A stretch of DNA of 64,000 nt from the human T2T-CHM13v2.0 reference genome, Homo sapiens, in the NCBI RefSeq assembly GCF_009914755.1, contig NC_060934.1. One strand, given 5' to 3'. Positions 43,956 through 59,411 of the stretch are shown one piece after another. Both the position numbers and the translations under genes were made by a program. The notes beneath the pieces were generated by a model. It worked only from the letters and a program-made list of their open reading frames with translations, searched no databases and was not told where the DNA came from. Each line of letters begins with the position of its first letter. Within the stretch, counting starts at the first letter, position 1.

Positions 43956-45914
43956 TTACTATAGAGACCCCCAGAGGGGGGCATGCCCTTTATTCCTAGG
44001 AGTTCAAATAATGACATCTGACACATCACCAGTTTACAAAGAGCCCTCCACTGGATGTAAGGCCTTCTCATGATCATTTTCCTCAGAGGAGTTGGAGCAG
44101 CCTTGGGCCACTCAGCAAGGGCCTGGCAAGGCTGGAACCTGAACCCAGAGGCCCCCTCCCAAGTCCTTGGGCCTTGGTCCACCCAGCACTCCAGTTCCCA
44201 TAGCAGCCTTTGTCGGTGGTCACTGGCTTTCCTTTTTCTTATCTGCACCAAACACATGAAATGGAGAAATTATCCTTTTTACTCTGTGGCCTGATTGCAA
44301 AGAAGGCATTAAGTTTTTGGAGCCTGTAGGGCAGGACCCTGGCCTAGGAATGCCCTACATATCAGATAGCACCCTGCACAAGATCCTGCCCGGTTGGTGC
44401 TGTACTGCTGAAATAGTCAAGGGTTTTTTTCCTCCCAAGGTTAACCAAGAAATTCCTGGGAGCTTGCATTCCACTCATTTCCCCCAGCAGAGGAGTTCTG
44501 CGGAGATGTCAACCAACCGTTTCTCCTCCATGCATCGTAAACTGTTAGGCGGGCCGCCTTCATGTGGTTTCCGGGGGCGGCTGTAGGGAAGGCTTCCCAG
44601 GGCCACGTGGTCGAGGCAGGCGTGTGGCAGCTCTTCCCTTTGGCTGTCCAGCCGCTCCTGTGCAGAAGAGCGGGATACCCGCAGAGGGGCAGCTCTGCTT
44701 CGGTGGGGTTTGGGCCCTGTGTCCTGAGGAAGCACTGGTGAAGGGAGAAGTGAGCCATGGCACGCAAATTCAAGATGGGGTGCCAGAGAGTACCCTGGCT
44801 TTTCAGGGCCTTCCTCAGAGTGCGGCTGTGGTGCCACAGATGTGATTTCCAGGGAAGACTCATTCGTTCAAGAGCTGCTGGGTGACTGAAGGCTCCCTGG
44901 TCATCCTCAGCTGACCCAGTTCTTTGGCCCAGTTCTGCCTCGATCCAACCCCTGCCCTGGTCGGGACTTTTGAGGAATTTAGGAGCAGGAGTTTAGTCTT
45001 GGAGAGCCAAGAGCCAGTTTTCACGTTTTAAGCTGATTATTTGTAGCCAAACAGACCAGCAATGCAAACCACAAGCCCTCTGCACCGTGATGTCCTTTAT
45101 GGCAACTAGATAGGACCATGTCTTTGCTTAGTCCAAAAAGTGCCATCATGCCTCATGATCAGAAGTTCTGTCTGATTCAATGTCATAAATGGCTTTGGCT
45201 CATTAAAACGAGGAGTTGGAAGACGCGAGGTGATCATTACTTCCAATCCGATCTTGGCAGGCAGGATCTTCTCATGTTCCTCATCTATGTGGGAAATACA
45301 ATAAAGGGTCCTCAGTGGTGGAAAGGTTGGGAACCAATGGTAAAGATCCCCAGGACACGATTTGAAGACCAGCAGCCTCTGCCCCCTCCTGAGGCCGGGT
45401 CTTCTGGGCCAGCAGCAGGAGTGCCCTCAGGAAGGAATAAGCCATGCCCAGGACAGGAAGCACTGTCATCCTGCTGGGCAGACTGAGATGCACAGGTGTA
45501 GGGAGGGCTGTGACCTCCTTCGCGTCCTTTGTGGGACGCTGGTCCTCTGTGGCTCCTGGCCCCCACCCCTTCCTGCACAGAAGGCACAGCTTCCTTCTGA
45601 GTTTCGCCGCATGATTTGCAGAGAGAGGAGAACCACATGGAGAGTGTGGTCAAGCACCTCTGCACTCAGGTTTTTCAAGCTTTCTGAGCAAGCGAGGCTT
45701 GTGCATCCCCCAGCTTGCAGGGGGCTGGGGGCTGGGGGCCAGGGGGCTTGGGATTTGAACACTCAGCTTCAGACTAAGTCCTCGAAGGTCCAGTCTCCAG
45801 CGATGATTCCTGGGGGGTCCCTGGGGCTGCTGTGGGGCTCCTGGAATTATACCCCACCCCAGCTGCTCTCAATGTGCCACTGTTTCCTGTGGATTCTGAG
45901 TCTTGGCACCATGA

Positions 45915-46028
<114 letters not shown>

Positions 46029-46399
46029 TAATTGAAAGTTCTTACATTCAAGTCACCTTTCCTGTCCCTTCTAAATCAACCTAAAGGGTTGGCCCACGGG
46101 TCCCCCGGGGGCACCAGTGGCTCAATGTGGGCCCCGGGGGCAGTGAGGGTGGGAGAGAGTCAGTGGCCTTGGGGCTATCAGGTGTGTCTATGGTGGAAAG
46201 AGGTTGTGGAGCTGGGCAGGTGAGACAGACATGCTCTCCTGCCAGCCTCAGGCAGGATCCAGCCTGCAGAGGACAAATGGGCAGCCCTGGTCGTGTGTGG
46301 GGAGGAGATGTGAGGGCGTGAGGAGGCTGGGCAACCTTGGCCACTCAGTGCCTGGATGACGCTGTCATGCAAGATTCGAGATTTCGTTGTACATTACCC

Positions 46400-46535
46400 G
46401 ATCTTCCCAGCATGTGAGGCAAGCCTTGTTATTCCCATTTTAGAGATGAGGAAAGCTGAGGTCCAGAATGGTTAGGTGACCCAGCCAAGGGCGCGCAGAC
46501 AATGTGAGGCAGAGCTAAGACTTAAGCCCAAATGC
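46400..46535 (-). mobile_element. MIR
   Basis: attcccattttagagatgaggaaagctgagg...ggttaggtgacc. Confidence 0.65.
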
Positions 46536-46850
46536 TTTGGTTCCCGCTTATCTGGATTATGAAGTCAGTGTTCTTGAGGATCTCCTATCACTGCCTCCCA
46601 AAACAAACTTCTCTACCGGCAGCCGGTAGGAGAAAATCCTGTTGCCCTGGGAATGGAACGGTACTTGGGGCCCCAGTCAGTTATCTAAGCCTTGGTGTGA
46701 GTGGCTCATTCTGCCCCTTCCAGGGCTGGGAATCCTTGAAGGAGAGGAGGAGGGAGGGCAAGGGCCCAGGACAGCTGTGGGCCCCAGGCCAGGCATCACT
46801 GGGTCCTGGGAGCCTGGAGCACTCATGAAGCCAGGCAGGGCCGGCTCTGA

Positions 46851-47177
<327 letters not shown>

Positions 47178-47515
47178 TAATGCGGCCGGTCCCCACCCCT
47201 GGGAAGGGGAATGCCAGTGGCAGCGCTGAGCTACAGAAAGGCCGCAAGACATTCCTCCATCACATGGCCCATTGTGGTCGACTGTGGCTGGCTTTGTCCC
47301 ATCCCCAGAGCCGGCCAGTGCCTGGCTCCCTGCTGTGCATGAGACCGACGCCTCTGTTCTCCTGGACCACTTTGTAAACTCCTCAGTGGACAAAGAAAGT
47401 TCACCTGGGCCCAGGCTGGGAGCTGTGGGTTCCACAGACCCTCTAGGCTGGTGCCATCGTGGTGGGGACCTTAGTGCCAGCATCCTGGAATGGCACTATC
47501 AAGTCTGTGTGCATT

Positions 47516-48142
<627 letters not shown>

Positions 48143-48248
48143 TCATGCACAGGCTTTATTATTCTTAGCCAATGGGATCTTCCTGTACCTCTTATGGAGG
48201 AATGTTTTTCCCTTACATTGTAGATCTTTTTCTCCATCCAGACCTCTA

Positions 48249-48662
<414 letters not shown>

Positions 48663-49429
48663 AAACCACTACAGACCAGTGGCACTCCCAGAGGATGGAA
48701 GTTTGCATCTTGGGATCTCATCCCAGGCCACCCCCAGCTGCCAGCCTTGTCGGGGGTGCAGGTGTGGGCAGTGCCATGGTATGTGGAGATGAGGCAGATG
48801 AGGCTAACTTCAGCCATCATTTCAGCTGCGGGCCTTCTTGAGTCCGAAACCTTCCTCCCCACTGCCAGCCGCTTCAGCAGGGACCCCTGGATGCTGCCTA
48901 TGGAGCCTTGTCTCTGAAGGGACAGTGCTGGCGGGTTCTGCTCAGGGAAGAGGATCATGTGATTCACAAAGCTGGGTGGCACGTCTTTAAGGGCCTTCAG
49001 TTACGATGGCTGCACCTTCTTTAACTGTGCCCCATCCACGGCCCCGGCAGGGAGTTCCCACGATGTCACCTCCTGGATCCCTTTCTCGGTGATCACCTGG
49101 GCAGATGTGGGAGAAAGGGGACAGCTGCAGCCATTGCAGCAGAAGCACAGTCCCCATGAGCTTGCTCATCCTTGGCTGCCATTTTATCTCCTTTCCTCAA
49201 AAATAGCTGATGTTGATGCACCAGTTTTACGGCACAGCCAGTTCCCAGCCTGGCCCACGATGGCCGGGTTTCATGTGTGCCACCTCCCTATGTGGAGAAG
49301 GATTACCTTCTGGTGTAATTTGCCCCTCCTGCCCCACCATGGCCTTGCTTCACAGAGCCTTGGGTGTCTGGACTCCACCAGCAGAGGACTAGACCCCCTC
49401 TCTTGGTGGCCCTTTGCCAAGTGGACCAG

Positions 49430-51725
49430 TGTATTAGTCCATTTTCACACTGCTGATTAAGATATAACTGAGACTGAGCAATTTACAAAAGAAAGAGGTT
49501 TGATGGACTTATGGTTCCATGTGGCTGGGGAGGCCTCACAATCATGGTGGAATGTGAAAGGCACTTCTTACATGGCGGTGGCAAGAGAAGAATGAGAACC
49601 AAGTGAAAGGGGTTTCCCCTTATAAAACCATCAGATCTCATGAGACTTATTCACTACTATGAGAACAGTATAGGAGAAACTGCCCACAATTCAATTATCT
49701 CCCACCGGGTCCCTCCCACAACACATAGGAATTATGGGAGTACAATTCAAGATGAGATTTGGGTGGGGACACAGCCCAACCATATCATTCTGCCCCTGGC
49801 CCCTCCCAAATCTCATGACCTCACATTTCAAAACCAATCATGCCTTCCCAACAGTCCCCCAAAATCTTAACTCATTTCAGCATTAACTCAAAAGTCCATA
49901 CATAGTCCAAAGTCCCATCTGAGACAAAGCAAGTCCTTTCCGCCTACGAGCCCATAAAATCAAAAGCAAGTTAGTTACTTCCTAGATACAATGTGGGTAC
50001 AGGCATTGGGTAAATACAGCTGTTCCAAATGGGTGAAATTGGCCAAAACAAAGGGGCTACAGGCCCCATGCAAGTCAGAAATCCAGCAGGGCAGTCAAAT
50101 CTTAAAGCTCTAAAATGATCTCTTTGACCTCATGTCTCACATCCAGATCATGCCGATGCCAAGACGTGGGTTCCCACGGTCTTGGGCAGCTCCATCCCTG
50201 TGGCTTTGCAGGGTACCGTCTCCCTCCTGGCTGCTTTCATGGGCTGGCATTGAGTGTCTGCAGGTTTTCCAGGCAAACAGTGCAAGCTGTCAGTGGATCT
50301 ACCATTCTGGGGTCTGGAGGACAGTGGCCCTCTTCTGACAGCTCCAATAGGCAATGCCCCAGTAGGGACTCTGTGTGGGGTCTCTGACCCCACATTTCCC
50401 TTCTGCACTGCCCTAGCAGAGGGTCTCCATGAGGGCCCCGCCCCTGCAGCAAACTTCTACCTGAGCATTCAGGTGTTTTCACACATCTTCTGAAATCTAG
50501 GCGGAGGTTCCCAAACCTCAATTCTTGACTTCTGTGCACTCGCAGGCTCAACACCACATGGAAGCTGCCAAGGCTTGGGGCTTCCACCATGGCTCGAGCA
50601 CTGCATTGGCCCCTTTCAGCCACGGATGGAGCAGCTGGGACTCAGGGCACTGGGCACCAAGTCCCTTGGCTGCACACAGCACGGGGACCCTGGACTCAGC
50701 CCGTGAAACCACTTTTTCCTCCTAGGCCCCTGGGCCTGTGATGGGAGGGGCTGCTGTGAAGACCTCTGACATGCCCTGTAGACATTTTCCCCATGGTCTT
50801 GGGGATTAACATTCAGCTCCTTGTTACTTATGCAAATTTAGGCAGCCAGCCTGAATTTCTCCTCAGAAAATGGGATTTTCTTTTCTATTGCATTGTCAGG
50901 CTGCAAACTTTCCAAACCTTTATGCTCTCCTTCCCTTACAAAACTGAATGCCTTTAACAGCACCTATGTCACCCCTTGAGTGCTTTGTTGCTTAGAAATT
51001 TCTTCTGTGAGATACCCTAAATCATCTCTCTCAAGTTCAAAGTTTCAAAAATCTCTAGGGCAGGGGCAAAATGCCAGCAGTTTCTTTGCTAAAAGATAAC
51101 AAGAGTCACCTTTGCTCCAGTTCCCAACAAGTTCCTCGTTTCCATCTGAGACCACCTCAGCCTGGACTTTATTATCCATATCACTTTCAGCATTTTGGGC
51201 AAAGCCATTCAACAAGTCTCTAGGAAGTTCCAAACTTTCTCACATTTTCCTATCTTCTGAGCCCTTCAAACTCTTCCAACCTCTACCTGTTACCGGTTCC
51301 AAAGTCATGTCTACCTTTTTGGGTATTTTTTTCAGCAGTGCCTCACTCTTCTGGTACCAATTTACTCTATTAGTCCGTTTTCACACTGCTGATAAAGACA
51401 TACCTGAGACTGGGCAATTTACAAAAGAAAGAGGTTTAATGGACTTACAGTTCCACGTGGCTGGGGAGGCCCCACAATCATGGCAGAAGGTGAAAGGCAC
51501 TTCTTACATGGCGGTAGCAAGAGAAGAATGAGAACCAAGTGAAATGGGCTTCCCCTTATAAAACCATCAGGTCTGTGAGACATATTCACTACCACAAGAG
51601 CAGTATGGGAGAAACTGCCCCCATGAGTCAATTGTCTCCCACTGGTCCCTCCCACAACACATGGGAATTATGGGAGTACAATTCAAGATGAGATTTGGGT
51701 GGGGACACAGAGCCAAACCATATCA
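49430..51725 (-). mobile_element. Complete THE1 MaLR retroelement (5' LTR 51366-51725, internal 49788-51365, 3' LTR 49430-49787)
   Basis: Two ~360-bp direct-repeat LTRs flank a ~1.6-kb THE1-internal sequence; 5-bp TSD accag/actag. Confidence 0.95.
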
Positions 51726-51871
51726 ACTAGGCACATCCTGCATGCAAGAGAAAGCCTTTACCAGGCCATGTTCCACTTCCCAAAGCCCCACTGCCCCTCC
51801 AGCTCACCCTTACTTGGCCCTGTGAGAATGGCTCCCATACCCAAAAGGGCAAGTGAGCCCTGCTTTTCTGA

Positions 51872-52411
<540 letters not shown>

Positions 52412-53384
52412 TGAGTGGAAGGCACCAAGGACTTCCAAGTCTAAGTCCGAGGGGGTGGGGCCAGCCCCTCCACACCCTCGGGCAGGTGGTTGCCATCGCT
52501 CTGGGAATCAGCCCTGGTCAGCACCAGGGGAGGATGCAGAGTCAGACAGACTTTCCACTCCAGGAAGCTGGGGCCTCCGGCACTGAGGAAGCGAGGTGGG
52601 CCACCCTCTGGCCAGTGTTCTCCAGCCTCCAAAGTTTAGGGAAGCCAAGCAAGTGAAATGATGTTCCTGAAACTGACTGCTCCTTCAAGTCAAGGAGGAC
52701 GGGCCGTGACCACTGCTCCCTCCAGTTGCCTCCATCCCAGCAGCCAGGGAAGCTGGGAGGGGGCCTGGTGGCCGCTATCTGGGATCAGTCCTGGGAAGAC
52801 TTGGGTCGGGTCACTGCCCACAAGCAGAATCGGAGTGGCCCATGGTCCCACTCCATGCTGTCCTCAGCTTGCTCTGGTCTTCACCCCCTCTCCCCACCCA
52901 CCTCAATCCCACAGGGACCTGGACATTGTAGGGCCAGGGGTCCAGATTCCACTCACAATGAGCAGTGCCCTTCAGATTTTTCTCCCAGTCCTTCTGAAAG
53001 AATTTTGAAAAATCTCTGTGATGCTGCATTTTAAGTAGACATTTGAAATATTCCATCATATTGAAATAGTGGCAATTTTTGATATATTGAAATTGAACAG
53101 TTACATTACACTCCTCAGGGGATCCAGTGGAATCTCTAGTTGCTGTAGCCAATTGATTTCCACCTGCATTTATCCAAAAAATGCACAGAAAGCTCTTTAG
53201 TGATGAGGAATTTTCTATCATTTCCTTCACTCTCTCCATCCCCCCAGAATGTTAATAATATATTTTTTTGCCTGAAAGTCTTTCACTGATTAGCGTACAT
53301 CTCTGAAACAAATATATAGATACATACAAGAGTTTTTGAAGTTCTCCTTGACCGTAAGTCTCTAAGTGTTAAAATAACTTCTCT

Positions 53385-53667
53385 GGCCGGTTGTGGTGGT
53401 TCACACCTGTAATCCCAGCACTTTGGGAGGCTGGGGCAGGCGGATCACCTGAGGTCAGTGGTTTGAGATCAGCCTGGCCAACGTGGTGAAACCCTGTCTC
53501 TACTAAAAATACAAAAAGTAGCCGGATGCGGTGGCACGCGCCTGTAGTCCCAGATACTTGGGAGGCTGAGGCTAAAGAATCGCTTTAACCTGGAGGTTGC
53601 AGTGAGTCAAGATCACCACTGCACTCCAGCCTGGGCAACAGAGTGAGACTCCGTCTCAAAATAAAAT
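53385..53667 (+). mobile_element. AluS-like element
   Basis: TSD aaaataacttct at 53371-53382 and 53668-53679. Confidence 0.93.
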
Positions 53668-55299
53668 AAAATAACTTCTTCTGTCGAGTTGCCATTGTAA
53701 TTAGTAGTAGATCTCATTTCTAATCAGTCCTTTGGAAGCAGGGGTTTTGACATCTGGAGTGGGTCGCTACAGTCATACTCGGGAGGGGAGGAGGCTGCTT
53801 TTCTTCTGTAACTTGGGAGAAGAGTTATTGAGAAAGGGCAGATGGGAGGGAGATCCCAAAAGATGCCAGGACAGAGCATCCTGATGTGAAGAAATCCAAA
53901 CCCTTCAAACTGCGGACAGGAGGGAACCCCCTGCTCGGTCCTGGCAGACCCCGACACGCAGCCCAGTTTGAAGACCTTTGCAGTGGAGCTCATCTTGGGA
54001 CCAAGAAGGTTTTGAAAACAAGAAAGAATGGTCTTGATGACATGCCCTTCCCCCCATACCATCCCCCCATTTATGTTTCTGTTTTGTTTTCATTCAAATG
54101 AAAAGAGTCAAAATTTTCCCTAAGGGTTGAACAAAGAATTCTCTACGTGATTGCCTTTTATTTAAAAAGAAAAAAGAAAGCCCTCCAAGTTCCAGCTCGT
54201 CTTCTTCCGGGGGAAAGAGAACCACAGTGCCTCCTCCCTGGCTGTGACCACTCACCACGGCCTCTCTTTGGGCTCCGTTCTGGCCAGTGCCCACTAGTGA
54301 GCTGCCATGCTAGCCTGGTGGCAGCCGGCTTGTTGAGATGATGGCTGCTGCCCTTATTTGGAATTGTTAACACATCAAAAGAATGCCATTTAAATAACAG
54401 CAACAAAAGTATTTTATGATAAATAAGGATACACAAACACCAATTATCATTTGATGAGGCTCACTGGCTGGATTTGGGTACATTAACCACTCCGCATGAG
54501 GACAGCTGCCATCAGTTAAATAAACAAAGCTGGGTGGTTGAGAACTGGAGCCTCCATCCAGATCCTGTGTACTGTTTGCCCCATGGCTTAACTGAGTTGC
54601 ACACACTCTCCTCTTGGCTGTTCTTTTACCCATAGAGAAGACCTTTTCCTATAAAAGCAGCTCCTCTGCTGGCTCTCCCCTCATCCTGGGAATGCAGAGG
54701 CTCCCTTACTTGTGAGCAAGATCCTGTCATCAAGAGAGGAGACATTAGGGACAGGATAAGGCAGCCACACCTATGCCATGCCCCGTAGCTGTTCTTTCTC
54801 CCAGGCTGTAGCGTAGCTGGTGTTGGGGGATATGCCAGTCTCCTGCAGGCCCCATCCCAAAGGGGGTCTTTTTCCTGTGTCCCCACCTTCTCCCCTTTGA
54901 TCCTCTCTTCCCAATTGCACAGCTCCCTTCATTCCAGGCCCTGTTCTGCCTTCAGGGCTTCCTGAGACCTGCAGGGTCTTCTCAGCCTTGGAGTATCCTC
55001 AGACCTGCAGTCATTGATGTGTGAACAGGGGCCATGACTGGCCTTTTCCTAACTTTCCCAGTCACCCTCCAGGATTGGGAAATGCCTGTGGCAAACGGCA
55101 GTGTTGCTTTAAATTACTGGAAGGAGAAAAATTAGCTGAAGATCATTTTGACTCAAACCAGACAGCCTGAGCCAGGAGGTGGGAAGGAAACACACTGTGG
55201 CCACTCAGGCCTGATTAGCCCGAGGGGTCGACCCAGATGCCAGTGTATCCTACCTGCCCAGAATGCCCACACTCTGATGCTTGTTGTTTTTCCTTTCAG

Positions 55300-55337
55300 A
55301 GATCTGAAACCTGAAAACATCCTGTTAGATGATTATG
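55300..55337 (+). CDS. GRK5: GRK5 exon 10 (38 nt, DLKPEN catalytic loop)
   Basis: tcctttcag|AGATCTG...TATG|gtaagt; encodes (R)DLKPENILLDDY(G). Confidence 0.97.
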
Positions 55338-55923
55338 GTAAGTCTTTTCCTACTCGGTAGCTGAGGTGAGCATTGCAACCCCAAGAAAGCAAAGGGCCTC
55401 CCAGGGATTCTCAGAGAGGGCTGGGGAAGCTGACCACAGGCCCCACTCCCACTGCTCAGTGCTGGGTACCTGGGGAAGGGGGAAAGCTGTGAGCGTGAAC
55501 AGAGCTCCGCTTGGTGAACAGGCAGTGTTCAGAGAGACTTTGAAATTCAGAGTTTTTGAAATTCCCTTTGACCATAAGGCTCTAAGTGTTAAAATAACTT
55601 CTGGCCGGGCGTGGTCTCTACAGTGCACTGAACAAGGAGTCCAGAATTTCAGAGATGCTGGGCAAATACTTAACTTCCATCAAGTTCTCCACCTCTCATC
55701 TTGTTTGTAAAATGGAAACAAAGCGTCCTGCCCTGCCCTGCCCACCCAGAAGGAAGAGGGTGGTGGAGAGGCTTCTACATGACAGCTTGAGAGGGAATTG
55801 CTTGTCAGTCTAGCCAGCTGTAAATGTCTCAGGCATTACGTTTGTGCATTACCATCATTATTTTCTCTTGGCTGTGGACACTGAATAATAAGAACAACCA
55901 CAGTACCCCTCACAGCTGTTTAG

Positions 55924-56423
<500 letters not shown>

Positions 56424-57263
56424 TGATCTGACTAGATCTTCCCACCTGCACAGAGAAGGGCAAGGCAGCATCTCTGTGCCCATTTAACAGATGACAAAAC
56501 TGAGCCTCAGGGGAGCCATCCTGCCAAAGTCACCCAGCAGCATCAGTGGGGAGCTGAGGGCAGAAACTGGGTCTCCTCCCACCAGGCCCCAGAACCTGGC
56601 AGCCCCCAGTAGAGGGAGGGGAGAAACCGGGTCGCTGATGACCTGAAGAGAGGTCTGCATGGGATACTGCCCTGTGGAGGGGCGGTCGGAGGGCCCAGGC
56701 CTGCCGCCCCTCTCTGGATGTGCCCGGTGCCTCCCTTGGTCTAAGAACCAAGCCCACGCTGCTCCTCTGCTATCCTGACTGTCAGCCCCCACCGAGCCAG
56801 GGAGTCCACACGGCTCCAGCCTGGCGGGGTCTCGACACTGGCCCTTGCTGACATCTAGGCTGGAGGGATGGGGGTGGGGCCCTGGTGTCCATAGGCAGGG
56901 AAGGGAAGGGGACGTGTTCCTTCCTGTGGGGTAAGTTGTGGCCGCGACCCTGCCCAGGTGGGCTGTGGGAGGGACAAAGACCAAAGTGGAGCCTCAGCTC
57001 AGCGTCTCCCGCTCTGGGGGCTCAGTCCTGGGCTGTGAGCTGGGATTCATCTCCAGGCTCTGCCAGGTCAGACCAGATGTTTTCCCTTCTCGTTTCTCTA
57101 AAGTGAAAAACAACCAATCTCCAGAGACCAACAAGGCAGGCCGGGGAGCTGCTTCCCAAATCGTTTTATAATTTTTTCCCCTTAAGCAAATTGTTGCATA
57201 ATGCCAGAAGAACCTCACATTTTTCCCATGAAGTAATCCCAGAACCAAGCCAAGATTCTCTGA

Positions 57264-57689
<426 letters not shown>

Positions 57690-58465
57690 TGAGACCCACC
57701 ACCTGCTCACCGCCGGCCGAGCCCCCAGAGCCTGCCCGCAGAGCCTCTCGCCTCTTCATGCACTGCTGATCACACACAGAGTCACAGTCTCTGCAGGGCT
57801 GCTGGGGGGCGGCCTTAGCCAGGGGGAGGGGGAGCACAGGGGCCCCAGATGTGATGACTGCTCTGAGCTCTCTGCACTCCCAGGCCCCCAGCCCCACCTG
57901 TGTCCAAAGCCAAGCCACTCTTAGGGGTCGGGGCCTGGCATACAGCGCTGCTAGGGGAGGCCACATTGAAGCAGGGGTCTGGGAGGAGAGGCCTTTGAGA
58001 GGAAGGAGGTAATTCACAAGAGCCCGCAAATGAGAGGCGCGCACAGCTGCTGTGTCACCAAGCATGATTCCAGTAGAGAGCAGCCTTGGGCTCCTGCCAC
58101 CTTTCCTCAGTCTGCTCTGAGACCAGCGTCCTGGGGGTTGCAGGGAAGAGACCCAGAGTTAAGTCCTGTGCCCTAGAATCCCCCGTCCAATTGGGGGCAC
58201 GCCCTGGGCTTCCTCCTGTGCATTTCACACACCTACCCTCCTTCCCCTGAGAGGCGCGTGCCCGGGGAGCAGGCACGCTGCCGCCCTCTAGTCAGGCTGG
58301 TACTGACAGCAGCTGCACAGGAGGTGTGCCTTGTCTCTGGTGCTAGAGGGTCCTTTTCAGATTGCATGACATTTGGCAACCTGTGGAGTGTGTGTCTGTG
58401 TGTATGTGAGTGTGTGTGTGCCCACATGAATGCTGATCGATGATTGATAGGTAGGCGGGTGGGCG

Positions 58466-58514
58466 GGTGGATGGATGGATGGATGGATGATGGATGATGG
58501 ATGGGTGGATGATA
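58466..58514. repeat. (GGAT)n/(GAT)n simple repeat with adjacent (TG)n at ~58388-58420
   Basis: Directly visible. Confidence 0.85.
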
Positions 58515-59054
58515 GATCTGCCTACCTGTGTGTGCATTTGCCTGGGTCTCCTTTTGCAGAGTGTTCCATGCATCTGTCTGCCCCGGCTCTTGTGTGCAAA
58601 CCAGCACATGTGTGGATGCATTTCCCTCCAGACATACGTGCTGATGCTGCAGAACTATCTTTTCTGTATTTCTATGGTAAATCTGTAATTCGGTTTATCA
58701 AAGTGGTACAGAAGACATAGCAAGAGATTGTTTAAATTACAGATAAATTTAAGATCATCTTTAATTTGGGTAGATACACCTTTATTCATTGAAACAAATA
58801 TACTGATAGCACCTGTTCTGTGCCAGGTGTCATATTGTTACGGTAGTGAATAAAGTAGCTCATGTTCTAGGCGAGGGGACATCAAGAGTGCAGGACACCT
58901 CCATCCACGGTGGTCAGAGTTCTAAAGCTACAGTCAAAGTCCTTCGGGGGCACAGAGGAGAGTCATCAGGGCAAGCTCCCTGGAGGGGGTGGTATTCACA
59001 GCAGTTGGTGGGGTAAGAGTTGGTGGCGGCCATGAAACTCCAGGCCTTCTGTGA

Positions 59055-59411
<357 letters not shown>

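Noticed and set aside
49788-51365. ORFs in the THE1 internal region
   Set aside because: Short, fragmented frames of a non-autonomous MaLR with no intact gag or pol.
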